In this document: one piece after another, positions 1-8,746 of the stretch
Position numbering within the stretch: the first letter of the stretch is position 1
Layout of the letters: the number at the start of each line of letters is the position of its first letter
Assembly: GCA_965218945.1 (NCBI GenBank)
Contig: OZ244718.1
Span: forward strand, 3,005,700 to 3,069,699
Origin: Dehalococcoidia bacterium
Lineage (GTDB): Bacteria > Chloroflexota > Dehalococcoidia > Lucifugimonadales > UBA2985
Direction: 5' to 3'
Length of the DNA: 64,000 nucleotides
Program-made: the position numbers and the translations under genes
Notes under the pieces: generated by a model
The model's database searches: none
What the model saw: the letters and a program-made list of their open reading frames with translations, nothing else
Told to the model about the DNA's origin: nothing

Positions 1-159
1 TCTGCATCAGCTTGATGGGCAGCAGCGCCAGCCTGACGGGAAGATAAAGCAGTTGGAGCAGGAAGCCCATCATCTACATGCGCCACGCGGAAACAGGACT
101 CCCGGCCCGAGACTCATCTCAGAAGGCGGCAGCAGACACCCGCGCAGGACAATGAGTTC

Positions 160-462
160 CTAAGGGGTTCCCTGCATCTGTTCCTTCAACGCCTCGATGG
201 CCTCGTGGCAGCCGAACAACGTGGACAGCTTGCCGTTGACCCGGGCGCGATGCTTGGAAATCAGCCCCTTCTTGTGCAGAGACCAGAAGGACCAGCTAAG
301 AGCGGACGGCTTCATACGGGGAAAGAGGCGTAGCAGACCCTGGTCGTTATACTCGAACACCTCGTCCTGACGCTTGATAAGCTCTTCAAGAATCATGGAC
401 TGCAGAGGCGGAAGGTCCTCCTCTGCGGGTCCCGTTGAAGTCATTATCTGAGAGATTTTCAT
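160..462 (-). CDS. hypothetical small protein
   Basis: 100-aa ORF with no motif I can recognise. It lies beside the R-M pair. Whether it is coding at all is uncertain. Confidence 0.3.
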   Translation of the reverse strand: MKISQIMTSTGPAEEDLPPLQSMILEELIKRQDEVFEYNDQGLLRLFPRMKPSALSWSFWSLHKKGLISKHRARVNGKLSTLFGCHEAIEALKEQMQGTP

Positions 463-810
463 TGCTTACCTCAATAATAGCACTCACAAGATGCTATCAG
501 ACTTGTCAAGCGCTTATCAAGGCAGGGAAGCGCGCATGGAGGACAGCATATGTAGGGGGATCCGCGAATTGCGCCTGCACCGGTATTCCGAGCGTAGCGA
601 GGAACCTAAAACGACACACCGGCACAAAGATAGGTAGTTGTATATGGTTTTAACCACCGTGCCTAAAATCAACCCTCCGCGCTCTTGCCTTTGATGGGTC
701 TAACAAAGTCTTTGATGATGTTCTCAAAAGTGTCCGGGATTCACTCTGGAGTACGGCGCGGAGGCCGGCTCCGCGATTTCCTATGTTGCTCCTGTCTCAG
801 CATATTGCCA

Positions 811-1548
811 CTACCCGTGGACGCCGTTTATCAGGGTGCGGAGGTTGGCCGCCAATGCATCAGCATTGAACCAGTTAGGGTCGTTCTCCATTTGCACCGT
901 CGGGGTCCTAGGGATTACGCCATTATCATCGGCTATCGTTACCGGTAAGCACAGTCGCCAGTCATCGTATGCCTTCCGTGTTAACTCACTCTCACTGTCA
1001 ACTCCATAGAAGTTCATCAGCCACTCAATGGCGGCTGGATTGTCAACCAGCGGTAAGCCTGCTTGCAGCGCACGTCCCCGGAACAGGGAATTGGACACGT
1101 TGCACAGTAATAGGTCAAATTCTCCCACTAAGTACCTGTCATTGGTCGTACTCTGCAACCCGAGATTGGAGCGGGATTTGTGGCACTTGACGGTGAAATG
1201 TGGCCCCGGGCGTCGTGAAGTTACCAGTTTAAAACTACCCCGAACAGCATTCTTTGTCTCAGCTTTCAATCTAGTGCCAGTTCTGCGAAATGTAATACTT
1301 ACATCTTCGTCGATAGTGCCTGGTTGTGGATTGAGATTCAGTTTCTCAACAATCCAATCCCGCGGGTCGAGCACTTGCTTCAAGAACGCCGCTCCAACAT
1401 ATTCCGTGGCCTTCCCGCGTATCATTGGTAGAACCTTCTGGTCTTCAAGTATGTCAAGCAGGTTCTCACGCGGGATATTGTAGGTTTGGCAATACTCCGT
1501 GATGCCATTAAACACTCGGAGAATCTCCTGGTCATTTTCAGACATCAT
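811..1548 (-). CDS. putative type II restriction endonuclease (PD-(D/E)xK-like), partner of the adjacent Dam-family methylase
   Basis: Track ORF 811..1716 trimmed to the ATGATG at 1548/1545. This start overlaps the methylase stop (ATGATGTCTGA), implying translational coupling. Candidate D...ExK signature (IDEDVSITF ... LKAETKNA). Visibly AT-richer than the flanks. Confidence 0.5.
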   Translation of the reverse strand: MMSENDQEILRVFNGITEYCQTYNIPRENLLDILEDQKVLPMIRGKATEYVGAAFLKQVLDPRDWIVEKLNLNPQPGTIDEDVSITFRRTGTRLKAETKNAVRGSFKLVTSRRPGPHFTVKCHKSRSNLGLQSTTNDRYLVGEFDLLLCNVSNSLFRGRALQAGLPLVDNPAAIEWLMNFYGVDSESELTRKAYDDWRLCLPVTIADDNGVIPRTPTVQMENDPNWFNADALAANLRTLINGVHG

Positions 1549-2404
1549 AGTTGCGGATGAAAAGTTCCTGACCCTTGCTCCTGGAACTACGGAATCCGTC
1601 CTCTTTCTTCTTGCCGTTACGCTGGTCATCTGTGCGATTGATTGTGTAATTCCATGCTTGTTGCGTAATTCGTTCTGTCCAACTGTAGAGTTGTCTGACT
1701 CCCGGATGGTCATCATAGGTCAGCAGGAAAGCCAGGCGGTGAGAATTGCGCTCCAAACATACGGCCAGTCTTGAATGGTCGGCCTCTGAAAAGGTGCAGT
1801 TGTAGAACTTCTGCTGATCGGCATTGAAATACGGCGGGTCCAAAAAGACAAAGTATCCGCTCGGCAGCGTTTCTATGACCTCTTCAAAGTCCAGAGAGCG
1901 TAACTCAACACCCTGCAACTTGTCGGAGACGGTACGAAGGTGTGGGGGCCAGTTTTCAGGCCTCATAGAGTATTTATCGCCAAATCCCCAGTAGCAGTTT
2001 TCGGGTCTCATGATTCCACTATACGAGGTTCGATTCAGGTAATACCAACGGAATGCCCTCTCCAAATCTGTACGGGGTTTATATTCTGACTTGTAGTAGG
2101 AGTGAAGGTACTTCGACGCTGGTAGGCCATCCAGCAGGCCAATCAACCCTTCCACATCGTCCCGGATACAGGCCAGCGTGTTAATGACCTCAGAATCCAA
2201 GTCGTTGAGGATTGAATACTCACCCTTTGGCTTGGCAAAGAAAACTGAAGCGCCCCCAGCAAACGGCTCGCAGTAGCCAGTATGTGGAGGAAGCATATCA
2301 AGAATTAGTTTGCGGGCGTAGAATTTGCCCCCAGGGTATCGGAATGGCGAATTGGATTTGAGTGATCTCGGTTTGGGCAACTCCAGCATTGCAGTTTGAA
2401 CCAT
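1538..2404 (-). CDS. DNA N6-adenine methyltransferase, Dam / D12 class
   Basis: N-terminal FRYPGGK, SAM-binding CEPFAGGASVFF and catalytic DPPY (FVFLDPPYF) motifs, as in Dam-family enzymes. Confidence 0.85.
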   Translation of the reverse strand: MVQTAMLELPKPRSLKSNSPFRYPGGKFYARKLILDMLPPHTGYCEPFAGGASVFFAKPKGEYSILNDLDSEVINTLACIRDDVEGLIGLLDGLPASKYLHSYYKSEYKPRTDLERAFRWYYLNRTSYSGIMRPENCYWGFGDKYSMRPENWPPHLRTVSDKLQGVELRSLDFEEVIETLPSGYFVFLDPPYFNADQQKFYNCTFSEADHSRLAVCLERNSHRLAFLLTYDDHPGVRQLYSWTERITQQAWNYTINRTDDQRNGKKKEDGFRSSRSKGQELFIRNYDV

Positions 2405-2511
2405 ATCACCCCCTATTATGCCCCAGCCATTTTGCCGTCCAAGTCAACCAGAATGGTACGAAATCTTGAAACCCAAAAGTGATTGTTACCGTCGTGACCA
2501 GATTGGGTTAC

Positions 2512-2800
2512 CTACACAATAAGGCCCTGATACCTGAGTCTCTTTCCCTCCATTCCCTTAACCAAGCCGCGAACTTGGTCAATTGTATCAACAGAGCGGT
2601 TGTTCTGTCTACCTGCAAACTCAGTTGTGCACCTGTGCAGATGCTTTGTGTTCACCTCGTGATAGACGCTGGCTATTCCTTGCTTGAGCGTGGTCTATAG
2701 GGCCTCAACCCCGTTCGTGCCGGTTTATCCCTTGACCTACTCGCCGGCGCCGTGCTTGACCGACCGTGTTCCATTTGGATAATTCTCGTACGCCGTGTAA
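2512..2800 (-). pseudogene. IS1595-family transposase C-terminal remnant (degraded)
   Basis: Own minus-strand translation gives ...VKHGAGE*VKG*TGTNGVEAL*TTLKQGIASVYHEVNTKHLHRCTTEFAGRQNNRSVDTIDQVRGLVKGMEGKRLRYQGLIV*. This matches the conserved IS1595/ISXO2-like C-terminus (H..V.H..GEYV.G..HTN.IE.FW..LKRGI.G.YH.VS.KHL.RY..EF..R.N.R) but carries three in-frame stops and has no N-terminal part. Confidence 0.6.
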
Positions 2801-2840
2801 TTCACCTCCGCTCATGTCCTTCGACAAGCTCAGAGGTGGA

Positions 2841-3656
2841 CTACTGACGCTCCTCGTCGTTCAGGTTCTCTTCCAGACGTTGAAGGGCAGCCCGAGTGGC
2901 GCGCAACTCCCGTAGCAAGTCCTCCCTGGACGCCGGGCTTTCCAGCTCACGCATCCGCTCCGCCTTGGCTTCGTCCAGGTTGTTAATGATGATGGCGATG
3001 AACAGGTTTATCACCACGAAGGTGCCGACGACGACAAAGCTGACGAAGTACACCCACGCCCACGAGTGCTCCTCCATGGCGGTGTACATGACCTTGGTCC
3101 AGCCCTCCAGCGTAATGATGTTGAACAGCGTCAGCACTGAAATGCCCAGATTGCGCCAGTTCTCCGGGTCGTGCTCGTGGAAGAGGTAGTAGCCCATGAC
3201 GGCGTAGATGTAGACCACAATGCTCATAAGCATGATTACGTGGCCCACGCTGGGGATGGACCGCACCAGCGCCGAAACTATGAGCCGCAGCTCGCGGACG
3301 GCCGAAATGAGTCTCAGTACACGCAGCAAGCGGGCGAGACGGGCGATCATGGCAAACTGGCCGGTGGAGGGGATCAGCGCGAACACTATCACCGAAAAGT
3401 CGAAGACGTTCCATCCGTCCCGGAAGTACCTATGCGGCCGCGGCGCCAGCGCCGTCATCTTGAGCAACGCTTCGACAATGAACACGCCCAGCGCCGCGTT
3501 GTTACCCAGGTGCAGCCAGTCGCCGTAGGTCTCCTCAATTTTTGGAGACGTACCCAGTCCCAGCAGCGCGCCGTTGGCCAGTATAACCGCGATGATAAAG
3601 TACTCGAACCAGGCGGATTCAACCAGCCTCTGAGACGAATGCACCAGGCGATTCAT
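2841..3656 (-). CDS. voltage-gated ion channel, single 6-TM domain (BacNav/NaChBac-like)
   Basis: S4 helix with Arg at every third position (RLARLLRVLRLISAVRELRLIV). Pore signature FNIITLEGWTKVMY. C-terminal charged coiled-coil tail. Confidence 0.85.
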   Translation of the reverse strand: MNRLVHSSQRLVESAWFEYFIIAVILANGALLGLGTSPKIEETYGDWLHLGNNAALGVFIVEALLKMTALAPRPHRYFRDGWNVFDFSVIVFALIPSTGQFAMIARLARLLRVLRLISAVRELRLIVSALVRSIPSVGHVIMLMSIVVYIYAVMGYYLFHEHDPENWRNLGISVLTLFNIITLEGWTKVMYTAMEEHSWAWVYFVSFVVVGTFVVINLFIAIIINNLDEAKAERMRELESPASREDLLRELRATRAALQRLEENLNDEERQ

Positions 3657-3701
3657 TGTGGCGTAAAGAATAGGCGCGGCAAGCGGGAGCCTCGGGGGAA
3701 G

Positions 3702-4085
3702 CTAGGACTCCGCCAAGACCTCGGCGTCTTGAATGTACTGGAGGGTTTCGCGTATGCGGCGCTCTATCGTCTCCATAGGTTCACATATGCCGAGAGAGAA
3801 GCAGTCGCCGTGCAACAGACTTTGCCTGGAGTAGTAACAACCCACCAGAGACCGGGCCCTTTCGTCGGCGTTGGCCAGCCTCTCCAGTCCAATTCTGGTA
3901 TCGGTAGACCTCTCCGGCTCTTCGCCGGTACGAGCCAGTATCAGCGCGTCCGTTGCCCGTTTGGCGGCGCACCACGCTTTTTCGGCTGCGTCCCGCACAT
4001 CGCCTTGAGCCAGACGGTCAAGGGCTTCCGTATGCACCTGGCGAGCGTCCGCAAATATCCTGGCTACGTCGGCGGTCGTTGTCAT
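3702..4085 (-). CDS. PaREP1/HEPN-like helical protein (uncertain)
   Basis: 127 aa. AEKAWCAAKRATDALILA ... LHGDCF pattern is reminiscent of the PaREP1 family. The ATG lies 3 nt after the cysteine synthase stop, so it is probably co-transcribed. Confidence 0.35.
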   Translation of the reverse strand: MTTTADVARIFADARQVHTEALDRLAQGDVRDAAEKAWCAAKRATDALILARTGEEPERSTDTRIGLERLANADERARSLVGCYYSRQSLLHGDCFSLGICEPMETIERRIRETLQYIQDAEVLAES

Positions 4086-4088
4086 GGC

Positions 4089-5024
4089 CTACCACCAGAT
4101 CCTGTTTTCCACTGTACCCATTAGCTCGTCGAAGTCCTTGGTCCAGAGGGACGTGCTGAGGTATTTCCAGCCGCCATCGGCCAGCAGGCAGACTATGTTC
4201 CCGCTCTCCATACGCTCGGCCAGCCGCATGGCGCAGCACACCACCGAGCCGGAGGATACCCCGGCAAATATCCCCTCCTGCTGCATCAGTTGGCGGGTGG
4301 TGCGAAAGGCGTCCCGGCTTTCGATCATTATCCGGCTGTCCAGCAGCGACAGATCCAGGATGGGCGGGATAAAGCCCTCCTCCAGGCTCCTGAGGCCCTG
4401 GATCACATCGTCCGGGTGAGGGACCACCGCCACAATCTTTATGTTGGAATCGTACTCCTTGAGGCGTCTGCCCACGCCCATCAGCGTGCCTCCGGTGCCC
4501 AGGCCGGCCACGAAAGTATCCACCTCCGGAAGGTCTCGAAGAATCTCCTGGCCCGTGGTTTCGTAGTGGGCCAGGGGGTTGGCCTGGTTGCCGTACTGGT
4601 AGAGCATGTAGTAGTTGGGGTCGTTGGCCGCCATCTCCTGGGCTACCACAATGGAACCGTTGCTTCCCTTGGCGCCATCGCTGTACACGATCTCCGCTCC
4701 GTATGCCTCCAGCAACTGCGTTCGCTCCGGGCCCACGTTCTCCGGCATGACGACCTTCACCCGGTAGCCCTTCCTCTTTGCGACAAAGGCGAGGGCTATG
4801 CCGGTGTTGCCGCTGGTAGGCTCCAGAATGGTCTTGTCGTGGGTCAGCTTGCCCTCGGCCTCGGCCCGCTCAATCATGTACCTGGCGATGCGGTCCTTGA
4901 GACTCCCCGTAGGGTTGGCCCCCTCCAGCTTGGCGAAGATGTGGACGCTCTCCTTGGGACTCATCCTCGTCAACTCCACGAGAGGCGTGTTCCCTATGGT
5001 ATCGAGGATGTCTCTCCCGGTCAT
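4089..5024 (-). CDS. cysteine synthase (PLP-dependent, CysK/CysM family)
   Basis: GNTPLVEL ... KLEGANPTGSLKDRIA (PLP lysine) ... TSGNTGIALA motifs. Track ORF (to 5111) trimmed to MTGRDILD at 5024. Confidence 0.85.
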   Translation of the reverse strand: MTGRDILDTIGNTPLVELTRMSPKESVHIFAKLEGANPTGSLKDRIARYMIERAEAEGKLTHDKTILEPTSGNTGIALAFVAKRKGYRVKVVMPENVGPERTQLLEAYGAEIVYSDGAKGSNGSIVVAQEMAANDPNYYMLYQYGNQANPLAHYETTGQEILRDLPEVDTFVAGLGTGGTLMGVGRRLKEYDSNIKIVAVVPHPDDVIQGLRSLEEGFIPPILDLSLLDSRIMIESRDAFRTTRQLMQQEGIFAGVSSGSVVCCAMRLAERMESGNIVCLLADGGWKYLSTSLWTKDFDELMGTVENRIWW

Positions 5025-5061
5025 GACTGCATGTCCAACACTTCCAGCGAGCGAAAGTGAG

Positions 5062-5895
5062 CTAGCCCTGGATGGCGGTAACGGGCTCCTGCAGGCCGCA
5101 GAAGGCCACATAGTCTATGAGCTCGTGGATGGTTGGATTGTCGCCGCACAGTGGGCACTGGCTGTTGCGCCGCAGCTTCACGGAGCGAAAGTCCATGCTG
5201 AGGGCGTCGATGATGAGCAGGCGACCCGCCAGAGGCTCGCCGGCGCCTATTATCAGCTTGATTGTCTCTACGGCCTGGATGCTGCCCACCATGCCCGGCA
5301 GAGCTCCCAGCACACCGGCCTCGGCGCAGCTGGGCACCGCGCCGGGAGGCGGGGGAGCCGGGAAGAGGCAGCGATAGCACCCCTGCCCGGGCAAGAACAC
5401 GCTGGCCTGGCCGTCGAAGAGAAGGATGCTGCCGTCCACCAGCGGCTTGCCTGACAGGTATGAGGCATCGTTCACCAGGTAGCGGGCGGGGAAGTTGTCC
5501 GCCCCGTTCACTATGATGTCGTACTGGGGGATGATGTCCATCGCGTTCTCCGAGGTGAGCGGCTCCTCGTGGATGACCACGTTCACGTCGGAGTTGTAGT
5601 TGTTAAGGGTCTCCAGGGCCGACTCCACCTTCGGTCTCCCAACGTCGCCCTCCTGGTGAAGGATCTGGCGCTGGAGGTTGCTCAGGTCCACAGTATCGAA
5701 GTCAACGATTCCAAGTGTGCCCACGCCCGCGAGAGTCAGGTACACCGCGACGGGTGAGCCGAGACCGCCTGCGCCAACTATGAGCACCTTGGCGTCGATA
5801 AGACTCCGCTGCCCCTTGCTTCCCACCTGGGGCATTATGATGTGCCGGCTGTATCGCTTGACCTGCTGCGGTGTTAGCGCCTGTGTCTGAGCCAT
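5062..5895 (-). CDS. ThiF/MoeB-family adenylyltransferase (E1-like)
   Basis: RYSRHI, Rossmann VLIVGAGGLGSPVAVYL, DFDTVDLSNLQRQ and two CxxC pairs (CYRC ... CPLC). No rhodanese domain. Confidence 0.8.
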   Translation of the reverse strand: MAQTQALTPQQVKRYSRHIIMPQVGSKGQRSLIDAKVLIVGAGGLGSPVAVYLTLAGVGTLGIVDFDTVDLSNLQRQILHQEGDVGRPKVESALETLNNYNSDVNVVIHEEPLTSENAMDIIPQYDIIVNGADNFPARYLVNDASYLSGKPLVDGSILLFDGQASVFLPGQGCYRCLFPAPPPPGAVPSCAEAGVLGALPGMVGSIQAVETIKLIIGAGEPLAGRLLIIDALSMDFRSVKLRRNSQCPLCGDNPTIHELIDYVAFCGLQEPVTAIQG

Positions 5896-6039
5896 GACTT
5901 GTAATTCCTCCTAAGCTGTCGTGGGCATCCATTATACCCCACGGGCTACCAGTAATATAAAGACCCCGCTCTCCACGCTCGGCCATGGCCGAGGGGTATA
6001 TCCAAACGGGGCCTGCGCCTTTCCGATATTGTGACGGGG

Positions 6040-6477
6040 CTAGATGTGATACATCCCCCGGCTTTGCAGTCTCTCCTGACGACTGGCCAGGTCGGCAATG
6101 GTGGTGGCGTTGAGCACGCCCTGCACCGCGTCCTCCACCGACCGCCAGACCTCCCGCTGAGCGCAGATTTTCGAGAGGTTACACCCATCGGGCTCGTCAA
6201 TGCAGTCCAGCGGGGCTGCCGTGCCTTCGAGACCGGCCATAACCATTCCCAAGCTTATCTCGTGCGGGGCCTTGGCCAGAACGTGGCCCCCCTGAGGCCC
6301 CCTGCGGCTGCGTATAAACCCAAACTTGCCTAGCGTCGCTAGAAGCTGGTCCAGATAGGGCTCGGGAATGCTCTGGCGCTCCGCTATCTCCACCGTCTGA
6401 ACGGACCCACTCCCGTAGCGCTGCGCCAACTCAACCAGCGCACGCACTCCGTAATCTACCTTCATGGGTACCTTCAT
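6040..6477 (-). CDS. Rrf2-family transcriptional regulator
   Basis: Typical Rrf2 N-terminus (KVDYGVRALVELA ... VQTVEIAERQSIPEPYLDQLL..L...G.I.S.RGP.GG). Confidence 0.85.
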   Translation of the reverse strand: MKVPMKVDYGVRALVELAQRYGSGSVQTVEIAERQSIPEPYLDQLLATLGKFGFIRSRRGPQGGHVLAKAPHEISLGMVMAGLEGTAAPLDCIDEPDGCNLSKICAQREVWRSVEDAVQGVLNATTIADLASRQERLQSRGMYHI

Positions 6478-6511
6478 GCCCCTCCTCCTCCTCTAGTCTA
6501 TCCGTCCGACG

Positions 6512-6540
6512 ATTATAGCATGACCCCTGTACAGCTTCAA
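6512..6540 (-). promoter_or_regulatory. sigma70-type promoter for the Rrf2 operon
   Basis: The minus strand reads TTGAAG, a 17-nt spacer, then TATAAT. This is followed by a GAGGAGGAGGAGG RBS and the ATG at 6477. Confidence 0.5.
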
Positions 6541-6590
6541 GCGCAATCTATCTTGGGTAGCGTCTCAGTTTGGGATATCCTATTTTGGTG

Positions 6591-7823
6591 TCAGATTTCA
6601 CGGCCGCCCAGCAATCGCGAAAGTTCTGTCGTAGCCGGATGTCGAGCATATGCCGCGGATGGCATATGCTCGTACTTTTCTAGTAATTCCGACTCGGAGA
6701 AATTCTGCGGCCAGTTGAGGTCGGCAGTGACCCGGCCGCCGCTGATTATGATAGCCGATAGCTCCATCAGCCCAAGTATGTCTCTCAAAAGAGCGCGGTC
6801 AGGGAATTTGAGGTTTCTGTAATACATGCTAACCCGACTCGCCAATTCATTCAGTCTCATGGAGTCGGTGTCCAGTAGTACGCTTATGATCTGTAGCTGA
6901 CGCTCCGCCAATGCTCGGCGGCGTGGACTTCGTAGCCGCCCGAACAGCGATTGGGCGACCTCCCTATAGAGTATCCTCTTGCTGTGAGTAACGATCTCTG
7001 TAGCAAGTGCATCACACCTCTCTGTGACTGCCGGCAAGGCAAATCTCAGGAAAGGCGTGAGATTGTGTCCGTTGCTTCGGGATTCGTACAACGCCGCCAA
7101 GTATTCATCTTGGTGTTCGTAATAGTAGTTGGACAGGCTGACCATGACCATATCATTAACTCCGGCTTGTCTTAACATGAACGCTTCCAGTGCGCGTGCG
7201 CTACGCCCGTTGCCATCACCGAAAGGGTGCATAGCGCCAATATGGTAGTGGGCAGCCATCGCCTGTATGATACGGTCATGCTTTGGAAACTCTCTGGCAA
7301 TGGCTTGCACAAGACCCTCGAATGCCCCGGCTAGTTCAAGCCCTCCTTCCGTGCCTCGACAGCGTGGACGGCCAAAGGTGACGTTCGCTCCGTCGCGACG
7401 AAGCGCGCCAGGCTCGCAGTGATCATCATCACAACCTTTGACGATGCGTTGGTGGATACCAAATGCCAACTCAGCCGTAACTGGCATATCTGTGGGAAGA
7501 GAACGAAGCCAGCGGTAAGTATCTGAGGCTGCTCGCAACTGTCGCTGCGAATGAGTAAGTCCGGCAAGTGCGGGTGTATCAGAGGCGAGAGCTTCTTCCT
7601 GCTCTCGCTGAGTGAACTCAGCGCCTTCAATGCGCGAGGTGCCGAGCGCTTCCAACCTTAGCTGCTCCTCATGGACCTGTTCAATCCATTGCGACAGGTA
7701 AGGGAGACGCTTCAGTACGCCGGCAGCGGTCTTAGCTTCGATTAGCAAACCTGATATGATTGCGCTGTCATAATGTATCCACTGCTGTGGGACGGTGTAA
7801 TGACTGACATAGGTAGATGTCAT
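6591..7823 (-). CDS. Fic/DOC family protein
   Basis: Canonical Fic motif HPFGDGNGRSARA. AT-richer than neighbouring genes. Confidence 0.85.
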   Translation of the reverse strand: MTSTYVSHYTVPQQWIHYDSAIISGLLIEAKTAAGVLKRLPYLSQWIEQVHEEQLRLEALGTSRIEGAEFTQREQEEALASDTPALAGLTHSQRQLRAASDTYRWLRSLPTDMPVTAELAFGIHQRIVKGCDDDHCEPGALRRDGANVTFGRPRCRGTEGGLELAGAFEGLVQAIAREFPKHDRIIQAMAAHYHIGAMHPFGDGNGRSARALEAFMLRQAGVNDMVMVSLSNYYYEHQDEYLAALYESRSNGHNLTPFLRFALPAVTERCDALATEIVTHSKRILYREVAQSLFGRLRSPRRRALAERQLQIISVLLDTDSMRLNELASRVSMYYRNLKFPDRALLRDILGLMELSAIIISGGRVTADLNWPQNFSESELLEKYEHMPSAAYARHPATTELSRLLGGREI

Positions 7824-7940
7824 GCGAGCCTCATTTTTAGCTTATTTCAAGGTTCCACGCATGAAATGATATAGAGTCCTCTATTCCATTTCAACTCCAT
7901 TTCCGTTTCGTTTCCAGATTTGGCCGATTGACTGGTGGGG

Positions 7941-7969
7941 TTGTGTATTTTGCACGAGCCTCATATTAT
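7941..7969 (+). promoter_or_regulatory. possible promoter for rplY
   Basis: TTGTGT, a 17-nt spacer, then TATTAT, about 40 nt upstream of the AAGGAGAG RBS and the ATG at 8012. Confidence 0.4.
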
Positions 7970-8011
7970 AGCTAGGCAATTTCAACAGCCATAAAGCTGC
8001 AAGGAGAGTCC

Positions 8012-8650
8012 ATGGACGCCATATCACTCGAAGCTACACCCAGGGACGTGCTGGGCAAGAAGGTAAGCAACCTGAGGCGCGCCGGCATGACCCCGATCCA
8101 CCTGTACGGGAAGGGAATAGACTCCAGAGCGCTGCAGGCCGACTCCGTGACCGTCAACAAGGTCGTAAGCCAGGTGGGACAGAACATCCCCCTGCAACTG
8201 AAGGTCAGCGACACCAACGAGCAGGCCCTGGTCTTCGTGCGGGAGGTGCAGCGTCACGCTGTCACCAACCAGATACTTCACATTGACTTCTACCGGGTGG
8301 ATGCCACCGAACGGCTACGGGGAGAGATACCCGTGGTCCTGACTGGGGAGGCCCCCGCTGTGCGAGTGCACAGGGGCATACTGATGCAGACCCTGCACAC
8401 CCTCGCTGTAGAGTGCCTGCCCATGGACACGCCAGAGCGGATTGAGGTGGACATCTCCCTCCTTGAGGCCCTGGACCAGGGCATTCGGGTCTCAGACCTT
8501 GCCACTGACCCGGCCATCACAATCCTGACAGACCCCGAAGAGCTGATAGTCCGGGTAAACGCTCCGCGAGTGGCCGAAGACGGGGCCGCGGGACAGCCCG
8601 GGGATGCTGCGGGCGCGCCTGCCGGGGAGGCGCGGGAGGATTCGGACTGA
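8012..8650 (+). CDS. rplY: 50S ribosomal protein L25 / general stress protein Ctc
   Basis: N-terminal L25 fold signature (R...GKK....RR.G..P...YG) plus the Ctc-type C-terminal domain and an acidic tail. Confidence 0.85.
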   Translation: MDAISLEATPRDVLGKKVSNLRRAGMTPIHLYGKGIDSRALQADSVTVNKVVSQVGQNIPLQLKVSDTNEQALVFVREVQRHAVTNQILHIDFYRVDATERLRGEIPVVLTGEAPAVRVHRGILMQTLHTLAVECLPMDTPERIEVDISLLEALDQGIRVSDLATDPAITILTDPEELIVRVNAPRVAEDGAAGQPGDAAGAPAGEAREDSD

Positions 8651-8746
8651 CTTTCGGCGGGGCCCTCCGGTTAACGCGGTTACGCCGGACAGGATAGAAG
8701 TCGTCCCCTACGACGAGGGGTGGCCCTGTGCCTGACACGGGGGTGA

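Noticed and set aside
2-161. Partial plus-strand ORF at the left edge (…LHQLDGQQRQPDGKIKQLEQEAHHLH…MSS*)
   Set aside because: Only about 52 codons are visible, with no motif. It cannot be distinguished from a chance open frame.
3171-4124. 317-aa plus-strand ORF spanning the channel gene and the PaREP1-like gene
   Set aside because: It is antisense to two better-supported minus-strand genes and has a low-complexity R/Q/G-rich translation.
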